A stretch of 64,000 nt of DNA from a bacterium (GCA_037446635.1 JBBIIG010000002.1:102002-166001); one strand, 5' to 3'. Shown: positions 48,881 to 59,194, counted from the first letter of the stretch. Numbers and translations are program-made. The notes: a model not told the origin generated them from the letters alone.

Positions 48881-50611
48881 TCAAAATTCTTTTTTATATT
48901 TCCGCCATGCCAGCAAAAGCACACACGAGAAAATCGTCAACAAAAAGTAAGCTCCGGCCTTGAACGCCACCCCGGCCGCAGTCAACGCGCCAGCGCTGAA
49001 TCCGGCCAAACCCTCGCCGCCCATCACACCAGCGGCCATCAGTAACCCGGCGTGGTAGAGGTGCGGCGTCTTCCGATCCACATAAAAACGAATGAGCGCG
49101 CCCGCCGCCAGCGGAATTGCCAACCCTAGCCCTAAAAACAGACCAATGCCCAGCGGCATCAGCAAAATTTTGTTTTTGAATTTTAGTGGAACGAAGCGCT
49201 GCGCCATTTCCCAAATAAATGCCAGCACGAAGCCGCCGGCGAACACCCCCGGAAACTCGAAGCCGAAGATGCTGCCCGCCACCATCTGCGCCTGCGGGGC
49301 CGGCATTGCCGGGGTGAACAGGGCATTGGCAAAACCGCGGCGAATGGTTTCGAGGACGAACGGCGCGGCCAGTCCGGAGGCGACGACCGTGATGATGTCC
49401 ACTTTCACAATATCGAAGAAGCGCGTGCCGACGATCACCGAAGATTTGTAGTCATGGCCGGCGTCGCCGGCGATGGCGCACGCGACGCTCACGAACGTGA
49501 CTATCATAAACGAGGCCGTCATGCTCAGCTCCAGAGCGGCAATTTGGTAAATGAGCGCTATCACCAGTCCGGTGAAAATTCCGAACTGTTCCAGTGGATC
49601 GATGTTGGTTTCGCCGGTCATGCGCGCGGCCACGGCGACCATCACCCACACGCCGATCACTGTCAGCAGCGCCGCCAATAGCGGCACGCCGGCCAACCAC
49701 AGCGCGCTCATTCCCAGCAGCGCCAACCCGGGAAAAAGCCGCAGGTAGCGCTCGCTGGCTTTCAAAATTGGAAGAAAGATTTTTTGGAAGCGCGGCAAAA
49801 CGTAGCTGGAAAAAAATCCGATGCCGGAGCCCAGCACCATTCCCATTCCGAAATTTTGCGCCAAGCCGCGCGCCGACTCTGCGCTGAAGCCATTTTGGAA
49901 AAGCAGCGGCACGAGAATCACCCAGCCGAGGACGGCGCCCAGCAGCCACGAAAACCCGGCGGCGGCGCCGAGGATATATCCGCCGCCGACCGCCAGCGGC
50001 AGCGGAGCCAGCGTCAAAAATAATCCAATGGCGGTAAGCGCGGCGAATGAAAAGCCCGCGGGGAAATAGAGATCGCGAATGAGCGCGAATATGCCGGCCG
50101 CGGCGCCAATCACGATTATAAAAAATAATTGCCGGCCGCCGGTTTGGCCGGCTTTCAAAAGCTCGGCGCCCGCCGTGCCGGAGGGGTACGGCAGTTGCTC
50201 TTCATCAACAAACGTATATTTGAGCGGCACGGACAAAAGAATGCCGAGAACGCCGGCCAGCGTGGTTACCAGCGCCAGCACCCAGGGGTTCGGCCAGGCG
50301 ATCTCTAAATTTTTGCTGCTGTTCAAATACAAAATGCCGGGCACGGTGAACACCACGCCGGCCGCCACCAATCCACCGATGCTGCCGCCGGCCTGCGCCA
50401 CGTTCACCTCGTGGACGCTGACTTTGCGGCCGCGGCTCAAGAGTTTTAGAACGCCGCCGGAGATGATCACGGAAAAAATGATCGGCCACGGCTGCGCCCC
50501 AAGCTTGACGGCCACGTAAGAAGAGCTGGTGAGCAAAAAAATGGAGAGGGCAACCGCAATCAGGGCCGCCCGCACGGTGAATCCGGAATGTTCGCTTTTT
50601 TGATTGGACAT
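48881..50611 (-). CDS. OPT-family oligopeptide transporter
   Basis: About 16 predicted TM helices with Gly-rich OPT-like blocks. 576 aa. Confidence 0.75.
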   Translation of the reverse strand: MSNQKSEHSGFTVRAALIAVALSIFLLTSSSYVAVKLGAQPWPIIFSVIISGGVLKLLSRGRKVSVHEVNVAQAGGSIGGLVAAGVVFTVPGILYLNSSKNLEIAWPNPWVLALVTTLAGVLGILLSVPLKYTFVDEEQLPYPSGTAGAELLKAGQTGGRQLFFIIVIGAAAGIFALIRDLYFPAGFSFAALTAIGLFLTLAPLPLAVGGGYILGAAAGFSWLLGAVLGWVILVPLLFQNGFSAESARGLAQNFGMGMVLGSGIGFFSSYVLPRFQKIFLPILKASERYLRLFPGLALLGMSALWLAGVPLLAALLTVIGVWVMVAVAARMTGETNIDPLEQFGIFTGLVIALIYQIAALELSMTASFMIVTFVSVACAIAGDAGHDYKSSVIVGTRFFDIVKVDIITVVASGLAAPFVLETIRRGFANALFTPAMPAPQAQMVAGSIFGFEFPGVFAGGFVLAFIWEMAQRFVPLKFKNKILLMPLGIGLFLGLGLAIPLAAGALIRFYVDRKTPHLYHAGLLMAAGVMGGEGLAGFSAGALTAAGVAFKAGAYFLLTIFSCVLLLAWRKYKKEF

Positions 50612-50778
50612 AAACGAATTGGGGTAATTCTGCCGATGGTCGGAATATTAAATGAAGACGGATGTATAAACAAGTACCAAACCCGATGGGCGGCTTCATC
50701 AACCTCCTCTTCCAAAAAGCAGTAAACTATGAGGCCGCCCCTTTTTATTTGTATTGCTCAGCGCTTTTCCCGAAATTT

Positions 50779-51891
50779 TCAAATTTCCTTCAGTAAAGCC
50801 GCCCATGCCTTCCGATGTTGAATGGATGATTTTGAAGCGTCAAGTTCCGGCCCTATCCTGCTAATAAAATCGACACGGCCGCGTTCTCCCAACAATATTA
50901 ATTTTCCCTTCGCAAATTCGACGAGATCTGAAATGTAGATGTTTTGGCCGCTGGCAAACTCTTGAGTGATTTTTCTCTTTATAGCGTCATGGTTTTTCGG
51001 TTCGATACCCTGCTGAGCTATGAACAAAATTTCTTTTATGCGATTAGCTCTCGCGATGTCAATCTTTGAATCTAATTGAGTCAAGTTTAAACTTCTATCC
51101 TTCACTTCAACTAACAAGATTATCTCATCATTCAGCCAACACTCAATGTCTGCGACCATTCCAGAGGTTACGTCCGGAGCATTGACTTTTTCTCTTTTTA
51201 TTTCGTCGAAAAGATTAAATCTATCCGAAATGGTTCGAAACAGGGAAGTCGCAACTGCTTCCAGTCGATCACCACCCGAGCGCTCCGAGATAAATTTTTC
51301 GATAAGAAAAAGCGTTTTTTCTAGGCTGGTTCTACTTGGCGTTGGATACACCACAACCACGTTTGTCAAAAGTTTATTTATTTCCACGAGTACTTGATCA
51401 AAGACTTTTTGCGTGAAATCGATATCGTTTTTATTTTGAACCGCATCCAAAATATAAATTAGCTTATCCCAATCCTGCTTGTTTTTTTGTCTTGCTCGAT
51501 TGGCCTTCGATACAGATGTGCAGCGTAGCGGATTGTTCACATACGGCTCATTCGAGCCGCCTAATACGTTATGATTTTCTTTATCAAAGGGTACAATGAC
51601 TTTGTGCGCAATGGTTCGTGCATCGAATGAGCCTTCGCTTGCAAACGCGGCTTGCAACGATCGGCAGTCGAGGGAGCGGTCAACAGACTTACTTAAGAGT
51701 TGGTTTGGAAGAACGTAACGGTAGGATTTAGTGCTGCTGTTTAAACAGCTTCGAATATTCTCTTTTAGAAGGTCATATTCTCTTTTTAGAGGTTCGGTAC
51801 TCGATTCATGCTCAACAAGTTTGAGAATATAATTCCAACGTTCATGCAGATACTTTTGGCATTTCTCCGAAAATGATAATTGGTCAGGCAT
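50779..51891 (-). CDS. Putative type II restriction endonuclease (PD-(D/E)xK candidate) partnered with the Dam-like MTase
   Basis: 370-aa protein immediately downstream (6-bp gap) of the Dam-like MTase on the same strand. Candidate catalytic signature D...EVK in NDEIILLVEVKD. No housekeeping similarity. Confidence 0.5.
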   Translation of the reverse strand: MPDQLSFSEKCQKYLHERWNYILKLVEHESSTEPLKREYDLLKENIRSCLNSSTKSYRYVLPNQLLSKSVDRSLDCRSLQAAFASEGSFDARTIAHKVIVPFDKENHNVLGGSNEPYVNNPLRCTSVSKANRARQKNKQDWDKLIYILDAVQNKNDIDFTQKVFDQVLVEINKLLTNVVVVYPTPSRTSLEKTLFLIEKFISERSGGDRLEAVATSLFRTISDRFNLFDEIKREKVNAPDVTSGMVADIECWLNDEIILLVEVKDRSLNLTQLDSKIDIARANRIKEILFIAQQGIEPKNHDAIKRKITQEFASGQNIYISDLVEFAKGKLILLGERGRVDFISRIGPELDASKSSIQHRKAWAALLKEI

Positions 51892-51896
51892 GATGC

Positions 51897-52718
51897 TCAG
51901 TAATTAGTCCAAAGAATCTCGGTTCTTTCAGCTTTTATTGATAATGCTTTTTTGGTTTTGGCAACATGCATATTCCAATCTTTATATAACTCATCCATCA
52001 ATTCACAGCGATATCCTGAAATGGCAACTTTGCCTTTGACGTTTTTCAGTACTTCGGCAAGTTTTACGTGCATGAGGTCGCTCATCTCATATTTATAAGC
52101 ATTTTTGTCGCCGCGTGAGCCGTGGGGATAAGGGGGATCACAATAAAACAGTGTCTCTGGACTATCGTATCGCTTTATGACATTAAACGCATCATCGTGT
52201 TCGATCTGCACTCTCAAAAGTCTGGAAGCAATGTACTCAAGACCCTCGACGCTGCCTAACCAACGCGATACCGCGCCGGCCATTCCGGCGCGGCTCGTGG
52301 ACAGGCAATTCGCCCAACGGCCATTCGACGCGGTTTGGGCTAAGCCGGTTCTCACCTGTCGCGCACGGATGAAAAATCTTCTCGCTCTTTCGAGATCGGA
52401 AAGACTCTCGCTATTTCCATTTGATTGAATGGCCTGCCGGAATTCTTCACGCGAAAACGGTGTCATTCCGATAGCGTAAAGCAATTCTTCTTTCTTATCT
52501 CTCAAAACTTTAAAGAAGTTTACGACTTCTCCGTCAATGTCATTGTAAGTTTCAACGTTAGCGGGTTCTCTATTTAACAAAACAGCGGCAGAACCACCAA
52601 AGGGCTCGCAGTAGTGCTGAGTACGAGGCAGCAGCGGCAGCAACCAATCGAGATGATTGTATTTTCCACCATACCAGCCAAAAGCGATTACCTTTTTTTT
52701 GTTTTCAACTATGGACAT
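51897..52718 (-). CDS. Dam-family (alpha class, D12) N6-adenine DNA methyltransferase
   Basis: FGWYGGK, motif I YCEPFGGSAAV and motif IV FYCDPPY. 273 aa. Confidence 0.85.
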   Translation of the reverse strand: MSIVENKKKVIAFGWYGGKYNHLDWLLPLLPRTQHYCEPFGGSAAVLLNREPANVETYNDIDGEVVNFFKVLRDKKEELLYAIGMTPFSREEFRQAIQSNGNSESLSDLERARRFFIRARQVRTGLAQTASNGRWANCLSTSRAGMAGAVSRWLGSVEGLEYIASRLLRVQIEHDDAFNVIKRYDSPETLFYCDPPYPHGSRGDKNAYKYEMSDLMHVKLAEVLKNVKGKVAISGYRCELMDELYKDWNMHVAKTKKALSIKAERTEILWTNY

Positions 52719-52775
52719 TCAGCAGTCTCCTCTTCGCCTCATAAGATAACACAAATAATAAATGATGCAATCTTT

Positions 52776-53864
52776 TCAAGTGGCTTTTCGATACTCCAGC
52801 ATCAACCGCTCCATCATCTCCTCCCGTTTGAAATACAGCTTTTTCAACTTTCGCGGCTGATGTTTGGCGAGCGCATACGCCGTGAGAATTGGCAGGGCGA
52901 TGGTGGAGTCACAGTAGCAGGTGATGGTATCAGGAAGCCGGTCGGGATCGACTTTGCCCCAGCTCACCGCCTCCGAAGGTGTGGCGCCGGAGAGGCCGCC
53001 GGTGTCGGGACGGGCGTCGGTGAATTGCAGAAAATAGTCGTGGCCTTTTTCATCGATGCCAAGCACTTCCTGAATTTGCGGCTCGGTTTGCAGCAGAAAA
53101 TTTTTCGGCGAGCCGCCGCCAAAAATCAGCACGCCGCTTTCGCCGCCGGCCCGTTTGGCCGCCAGCACAATCGCGGCGGTTTCGTTGACGTCGGCGTTGA
53201 CGTCGAATTGCAGACGGTTGCCATCCAGCGCCATCGCGGCCACGTTCATGCCGATGGAGCTGTCTCCCGGCGACGATGTATACACCGGCACGCCCGCGAG
53301 GTACGCCGCCGATAGCAGCGACTTGTGTTTCAGCCCCAACGCCTTTTCTCTTTCGTGAACGTATTTACCGATTAAAAAATGAAACTCTGCGGTGCTCATG
53401 GTTTTTTGAAACTCCGGTGCGGCGATCACTTTGCGATAAAATTCGTCGGTGGAGAGCAGTACTTCGTAGTCGAAAAAAATGTCGTAAATGCGCACCACGC
53501 CTTCATCGCGCAGCACCACGTCGTCGGCTTTGAAGTTACCCTGGTGCATGGAGAGCCCGAGGGCAAAGTGGGTGTCGTGGTAGAGGTTGGCGCCGGTGCT
53601 GACAATCCAATCCACAAAGCCGTTTTCGATTAACGGGATCAAGCACGACATGCCCACGCCGGCCGGGGTGAGCGCGCCGGTGAGGCTCATCCCCACGGTG
53701 ACCTTTTCGCCCAACATTTTTTGAGTGAACAACTGGCAGCCCTCCCGCAAGCGCGCAGCGTTGTAAGCGAGGAAGGTTTTATCTACGAGATCGGTCAATG
53801 AAATCCCCATGCCGATGGGTTCGGGGGAAATCGATTTTCCGGAGAGAAAATTTTTCTTTGGCAT
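52776..53864 (-). CDS. Deoxyhypusine synthase-like protein
   Basis: DHS-family blocks ([20 protein letters not shown]). AAAGGA RBS before MPKKNF; the ORF-track start is an upstream extension through a repeat array. Confidence 0.7.
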   Translation of the reverse strand: MPKKNFLSGKSISPEPIGMGISLTDLVDKTFLAYNAARLREGCQLFTQKMLGEKVTVGMSLTGALTPAGVGMSCLIPLIENGFVDWIVSTGANLYHDTHFALGLSMHQGNFKADDVVLRDEGVVRIYDIFFDYEVLLSTDEFYRKVIAAPEFQKTMSTAEFHFLIGKYVHEREKALGLKHKSLLSAAYLAGVPVYTSSPGDSSIGMNVAAMALDGNRLQFDVNADVNETAAIVLAAKRAGGESGVLIFGGGSPKNFLLQTEPQIQEVLGIDEKGHDYFLQFTDARPDTGGLSGATPSEAVSWGKVDPDRLPDTITCYCDSTIALPILTAYALAKHQPRKLKKLYFKREEMMERLMLEYRKAT

Positions 53865-53885
53865 CGGAGTCCTTTCGTGTGAGAA

Positions 53886-53997
53886 GTGAGATGTGAAATG
53901 TGAGACGGAAACGTGAGACGGCAAACTGCAGACGGCAAATTCATGAACAACCGCATTACGCTCTTCGCTTTTCAACGTCTGCCACTTGCCGTCTCAC
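53886..53997. repeat. Iteron-like array: 4-5 decaying tandem copies of about 13 bp (GTGAGACGGCAAA-like; on the - strand TTTGCCGTCTCAC), plus one inverted copy TTGCCGTCTCAC 61 bp away, immediately upstream of the DHS-like gene
   Basis: GTGAGATGTGAAAT GTGAGACGGAAAC GTGAGACGGCAAACT GCAGACGGCAAA at 53886-53938. The inverted copy lies at 53986-53997. Confidence 0.4.
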
Positions 53998-54431
53998 TTT
54001 TCACGTTCCGGGATGAACGTATCGAAATTATTCACCAGCCATTTGCCGTTGACGGCAATGGTTGATAATACAAATTGTCGCTGCGATTCGTAGCCGCCTT
54101 TGCTTTCAATTGTTACGTCATAAAAAAACGTAACCGAGTTGTCCGGGCGCTGCTGCTGACTCTTGAGTTTGTAATCGATGAAGGGTTTGGCGCTGGAAAG
54201 CTCGAGGTCTGGCTGCATGCGCACGCTGCGCAGCGATTCAATTTCTTTTTGAAGTTTCATCGTGGCGAGTCCGGTGCACAATTCCTGCGCGCCCTGTTGG
54301 TTCAGTTCGATCAAATATCGAAACAGAAACTCCTCGGAGACGCCTTCGGGCGTATTTTTGTAACCGCAGGCAAAAAAGACGGTCGAAAGAAGTGCAAACA
54401 AAAAAATCGACAAGAGTTTCAAGAGATTCAT
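53994..54431 (-). CDS. Small lipoprotein of unknown function (NTF2-like size)
   Basis: Signal plus lipobox FFACG. 145 aa. No catalytic motifs. Confidence 0.55.
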   Translation of the reverse strand: MNLLKLLSIFLFALLSTVFFACGYKNTPEGVSEEFLFRYLIELNQQGAQELCTGLATMKLQKEIESLRSVRMQPDLELSSAKPFIDYKLKSQQQRPDNSVTFFYDVTIESKGGYESQRQFVLSTIAVNGKWLVNNFDTFIPEREK

Positions 54432-54934
54432 AGCCGAAAAATTTGGCTACAAAATAGCTTGAGCATCCCAAAAAATCAAGGGGAATGATTCAAACAATCA
54501 AAAGTATTTGAATCAATGGCCACGACAGTTTATAAAAAGCGCCAAATAAATTATAGTGTATCGCTGCAGCTAAGAATAACCAACCCAGTAGAAAACGATA
54601 AAAGGACGTTAAGAGAATAAATTTCCACTTTTTTTTTTCTGATAGGCAAACCTCAATTTGCGGCTGATTATTTTTTTGAAAGATCAGCACTTCATAAAAA
54701 AATAGAAAATTACTCCACAAACTACCTAAGGGAGATCGAAAGGCATCTTCCTCCTTGCAAGAAAGAACGCCGTCATAATGAGAATAACTACCGAAACAAT
54801 AACTAAGATTAAGATAGGGAGACGTTGTTGCGTTGAAGAGGTTGGCTATTCTTTAGTCAGCCGCCAGGCTTTTCTATACTTTAGTTCTTGCGCACTCAAA
54901 GATGTTGATTTTTCAAGGCCCTCGTCAAATTAAT

Positions 54935-56200
54935 TCACTTCGACAAAATCCGATCGATAAACGTCGCCAGCGATTGATGTTCCACTGCCGAGTTTTTGCG
55001 CAGCACGTTGGACATCAACCCCACCAAATAGGTGCGGCCATCCGGGTGCTCGACAATCGCCACCGAGTTCATACCGTTTTCAACGTTGCCCATATATTTT
55101 TTGCAGACAAAACCCGGCTCCGGCTGGCAGCGGTAGAGGCTGCCGGATTTAAAATACACCGCGGCCTCCTGCAGTCGCGGCGCCGAGGCGTAGCGGATGC
55201 GGCGCGCCGTCATGTACATCAAACGTTTGATTTCCAGGCTCGACCACTCGTCCACGATTTTACCGCGCTCGAGCGCAACCAAATATTGCAGCAGCCCCTT
55301 CGGACTCGCGAAGCTGCCGCGGCCGCTCAAAATATCCTTCGAGGCCATGTAAGTAAAAAAGCTGCCCAACTGCCAGTCGCGTTGTGCGATGCCGATGGCG
55401 CGCAGCGGCTCGTTCACAATCGCGAACGCCATATCGCCCAACTCTTTTTTCGGGGTTTTCGCGAAGAATTCCTGCTCCTGTGCCGGCGTGGGCGGATAGT
55501 CCGGGCCGAAGGCGCGCATCAGCAGGGCTTCCTTCCAAACCAAGCTGGCGGCGGAATTAGCGCTGGCGGAGAGCATGTGGTCGGCCAGTTCGTACAATGA
55601 AAACACGTCGCCCTCCTTCATGGGGCGGTTGGCGTATTTGCCGGTTTCGGGATCGAAAATGGGCACTTCGTGCTCGTCGCTGCGAATCCACCTGTCCGCC
55701 ACCACCATTCGAGTCCGCAGCAGCTCGCGGCGCTTTTCGGCGCTGTCCGGAAAGATGGCGCGCAGCTCAGTAAACAGGCCGGCGATCACCGCCAACTTGC
55801 CGACGCTGCCGGGCGAAAACTGGCGGTTGGGCTGGCGTTCGGCGTAGCGGAAGGGCTTGCCGGGCGTGATCTCGAGCAGCGCCAGCGAGTAGCTTTCATC
55901 GCGGTTGGGGAAGAGCTTGTCGATCTCCTTTTGCAGCGCTGCATCGATGGGTGGCAGGGTTTCCAGCGAGTCGCCGCGCGTCCCCAGCAAATTTAACTTG
56001 ATATCGTTGATGGATTTCTGCGCGCCGGGGATCGGCGCCGTGCCTTTGATTTCGCCGGCGAGGATGCGCCGCAGCCGTTCGAGGCGGCGGATGCCGGTGA
56101 GACTATAGCCGTCGATGGGATAGCTGAAGATGGAGTCGATTAAAACTGAAAAAGTCAAGATGAATAAAGCGATGAAGCCCAAAATTTGTCGCACGTCCAA
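54935..56200 (-). CDS. Membrane-anchored class A beta-lactamase-like serine hydrolase
   Basis: N-terminal TM helix. SxxK (SVGK), S.N (SAN) and KSG triad motifs in class-A order. Confidence 0.65.
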   Translation of the reverse strand: MDVRQILGFIALFILTFSVLIDSIFSYPIDGYSLTGIRRLERLRRILAGEIKGTAPIPGAQKSINDIKLNLLGTRGDSLETLPPIDAALQKEIDKLFPNRDESYSLALLEITPGKPFRYAERQPNRQFSPGSVGKLAVIAGLFTELRAIFPDSAEKRRELLRTRMVVADRWIRSDEHEVPIFDPETGKYANRPMKEGDVFSLYELADHMLSASANSAASLVWKEALLMRAFGPDYPPTPAQEQEFFAKTPKKELGDMAFAIVNEPLRAIGIAQRDWQLGSFFTYMASKDILSGRGSFASPKGLLQYLVALERGKIVDEWSSLEIKRLMYMTARRIRYASAPRLQEAAVYFKSGSLYRCQPEPGFVCKKYMGNVENGMNSVAIVEHPDGRTYLVGLMSNVLRKNSAVEHQSLATFIDRILSK

Positions 56201-56233
56201 CTCCTCAATTACATCTGTGAAATAATGGGGAAC

Positions 56234-59194
56234 TTAATTCGCCAGGGTTAGCGCCTTATCCAGCTCGATCGCCACATCTGGCGGAGAGACCGGATCCAGC
56301 GAGAGCAGATAACTGGACGACGCCGCGCGCTTGTTCTCCACAAACGGCCGCACCTGAAATAACCAGATGTGCCCGTCTTTGAAGCCGAGCTCCACATCCC
56401 ACGGACCTTGAGACTCGATTCCCGGCTGCTTACTCAGCGTCTCTTTGATGAGCGCGGCCAGCGCCCGAAGCTGGTAGAGATCGCCCTCTTTGAGAATGGG
56501 CTGATGGAAGTGGGCGAAGGCTTTTTGCGTGCCGCCGGTTTTCGGAACAATCAGGTATTTGTTTTCGCGCGCCGGTGTCAACAGCAAGTTCTGGCCGTTG
56601 CTTCGCAGCAGGTAGGACTCCGCTTTTTGACCTTCCACCGCGCCGCCGACGCCGCGGTTGAACGCCACGGTCACGTCGTCCAAGTTGCCGGTGTGCGGAT
56701 CGCTGGTGATCAACACGCCGGATTTATCGTTGTTCACCGACGGCAAAATAAGAATGGAAGGATAAACATTTTCTGGATTAAGAAGAAATTTCTGCCGCCA
56801 GCGATAGCTGCGTTCGGAATAGGGCGAGGCCCACACATCGCGGATGCCCTGCAGAATTTTTTCCCGATCCACGACATTAAAAACTGTCAAATTTAACCCG
56901 GCGCCGGTGAAGTCTTTCAAATCCTCCATATTGGTATCGCTGCGAATGAACACTGGCAGCTCGCCCATTTTGGCTCCAAGAATTTCGATGAAGGCCTTCT
57001 CCAGCTTCTCTAAAAAATTATCGAAAAAAGCTATTTTTTTGATGGCCGCCGAAAGCTGGGCGAGCCGTTCCAACGTGTAGCTTTCAATTTCTTCTTCGCT
57101 GGCGCCGGCGGCGCGTTTGGCGCTGGCTTCGGTAAACGTTTCCTGCAAGAACTGCCAGTAGCTGCCGTCGCTGCCGGGCATGGCCTGCTGCAAATGCTGG
57201 CGGAAGACGCCAAAAGGAATCACGAAGCCTTCCACGACGTTGCTGGGAAACATGTGCTTGAGCTGGCCGAGATTGGCGGCTTTGGGGCCGCAGGTCTTGC
57301 CGGAATCGCTGGCGCGCAAGTCTCGCAGATTGATGAGATCCATCTTTTTTAAGTTAATTTTCTGCGTCGGCACCGTGATGCGATCCTCGCTGCGCTGAGC
57401 CACGGCCACCAGCGCGCGCTCTTCGTCCGTCATCTCGGACTCGGGCTTCATGATTACCGCGCCGCGGCGAGAGACGGCGTAAAAAACTTTCTGCCCGGCA
57501 AACGGCTTGAGCTCGTTAAGATTTTGTTGGGTGGTGCTGGCGTTCGGAATTCCTAAGTTGCGGGCAAGCAGTTGCACGTGCGAAACCAGGTTTCCTTCCG
57601 AGACCGTAACAATGCCCGCCACCGGCTTCATATCGGCGGGCGCCCGCTGCATCACATAAATTTTCGAGGCGCTGAGGGCGACGCCTTCCGGCGCGCCGGT
57701 GATGATCTCCAACTCGCCAAACGCGAAGCCGGGGTTGAGGCCGCGCACCTGATGTTGGCTGGGGACGCCCATCACAAAATTAGAAACCTGGCAGAGGCTC
57801 TCGGCGATCTGCTGCAGCTCCCAGGCGGTCTCGCCCAACGGCAGCAGCGCCGAACTGCGCACCCGGTCGTCGATAAACCCGGCCGCCAGCGGCTCGAAAT
57901 TCAAAAACAGCTCCACCACGGGCTCGTAAACCGAGCGCGCCATGCTGGTGCCCCACTCCACGACGCGGCGGGCGTACTGCGCGCGCTCGAGATATGTCTC
58001 AAACGCCAGCTCCGTCTCCGCCGCCTCGATTCGCAGATACGGCTCGATGGTCTGCCACTCCCAAATTTCGAGGAATCCGCTGCCGGCCGCAGCCTGCGCC
58101 AGCACGTAACTCTTCTCAAACAACTCGCGGACGGATTGCGGCTGCCAATTTGCGATCTCGCGAAACAGCAGGCTTTCAAGCTCATTGGACAAATCCAGCA
58201 GCGGCAGCCGCGCGGCCGCTGGAACCTGCGGCAAATCGACTCGGATGTTCCACATAATTTCGGCGATATCTTTGCATTTGCTGATCAGCAAACTATCGGC
58301 GTGCACGCTGTTCGCGCCGTTCTTAGCGCTATAGGTTTCGATAAACCCCTGCACGCGCTGGGCGATGTCTAAGTCCGGCGGAAGCTGGCGAGTGAAGGTC
58401 TTCAGGATCTGCAGATTAATCGGTTGATACGCCAACTCTAATTCCTTTTGCAGCTTTTCCAGCAGCTCGGACATGTGTGGCGGCAGGCTGTCGTTTTTGG
58501 CGCGGTACTCTGTCACCCGTTGCAGATCGCTGAATTCGGGCTGGCCGTGCAGCTTGATGCGCAGATCCATAAACGAGGGGAGGGTGTCGGCGATGGTTTT
58601 GGAAAGGGCGCGAATCAGAGTCCAGCGATCTTCGCGCGCCTGGTGGGGGATGTCTTTGCTGGCCTGACGAATCAGAAAAAATTGCTCTGCAATCAAATTG
58701 TCTTTTGCCAAAAGCCAATTCAAAAAATTAGCGCCCCAAGCCTCTTCATCTTCCGCCTGCACCGCGCCGCGGTAGTAGCGCGCGCGGCGGAGGATCCAGC
58801 CGTCGTCGGCGGCCTGCAGAAATTTTTCTATTTGATACTGCTTCATGCGGGAATTGAGATTGGCGGAATCGAGAAAGGCCTCGAAGGGCGTGCCGGCTAA
58901 AATCTGGCCAAGGTGGAGATTATGTTCTTTCGCCAATTGCATCACGCGATCTTTAAGCAGGGCGTGTTGAATCCCGCCGGGCTGCGAGCAGCGCTCCTGC
59001 GCCGGGATGATCGTGCCATCCGGGCAGAACCAGCGAATGGCTTGATACGGCCCGCGCGGGTCTTTTTTGAATTCCTGCACCAGGCGTTTCAGCTCCTCAA
59101 AATCCGGCGTCGGCGCCCCGACCGAAGTTGAGGAAATGAAACCGAGCAACAACAGCGCGCCCAGGATCGAAATTAATTTCGAGTGGTTATTCAT
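56234..59194 (-). CDS. Glucan-water-dikinase-like protein: N-terminal hydrophobic anchor/signal, 500-aa unknown domain, phosphohistidine swivel domain, C-terminal PPDK_N-type nucleotide-binding domain
   Basis: Swivel block AGIVTVSEGNLVSHVQLLARNLGIP resembles the phosphohistidine (swivel) domain of PEP-utilising dikinases such as alpha-glucan water dikinase. ATP-binding domain blocks CGPKAANLGQL..GFVIPFGVF ... HIWLFQVRPF. The domain order is permuted relative to PpsA/PPDK. GGAG RBS before MNNHSK at 59194. Confidence 0.7.
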   Translation of the reverse strand: MNNHSKLISILGALLLLGFISSTSVGAPTPDFEELKRLVQEFKKDPRGPYQAIRWFCPDGTIIPAQERCSQPGGIQHALLKDRVMQLAKEHNLHLGQILAGTPFEAFLDSANLNSRMKQYQIEKFLQAADDGWILRRARYYRGAVQAEDEEAWGANFLNWLLAKDNLIAEQFFLIRQASKDIPHQAREDRWTLIRALSKTIADTLPSFMDLRIKLHGQPEFSDLQRVTEYRAKNDSLPPHMSELLEKLQKELELAYQPINLQILKTFTRQLPPDLDIAQRVQGFIETYSAKNGANSVHADSLLISKCKDIAEIMWNIRVDLPQVPAAARLPLLDLSNELESLLFREIANWQPQSVRELFEKSYVLAQAAAGSGFLEIWEWQTIEPYLRIEAAETELAFETYLERAQYARRVVEWGTSMARSVYEPVVELFLNFEPLAAGFIDDRVRSSALLPLGETAWELQQIAESLCQVSNFVMGVPSQHQVRGLNPGFAFGELEIITGAPEGVALSASKIYVMQRAPADMKPVAGIVTVSEGNLVSHVQLLARNLGIPNASTTQQNLNELKPFAGQKVFYAVSRRGAVIMKPESEMTDEERALVAVAQRSEDRITVPTQKINLKKMDLINLRDLRASDSGKTCGPKAANLGQLKHMFPSNVVEGFVIPFGVFRQHLQQAMPGSDGSYWQFLQETFTEASAKRAAGASEEEIESYTLERLAQLSAAIKKIAFFDNFLEKLEKAFIEILGAKMGELPVFIRSDTNMEDLKDFTGAGLNLTVFNVVDREKILQGIRDVWASPYSERSYRWRQKFLLNPENVYPSILILPSVNNDKSGVLITSDPHTGNLDDVTVAFNRGVGGAVEGQKAESYLLRSNGQNLLLTPARENKYLIVPKTGGTQKAFAHFHQPILKEGDLYQLRALAALIKETLSKQPGIESQGPWDVELGFKDGHIWLFQVRPFVENKRAASSSYLLSLDPVSPPDVAIELDKALTLAN

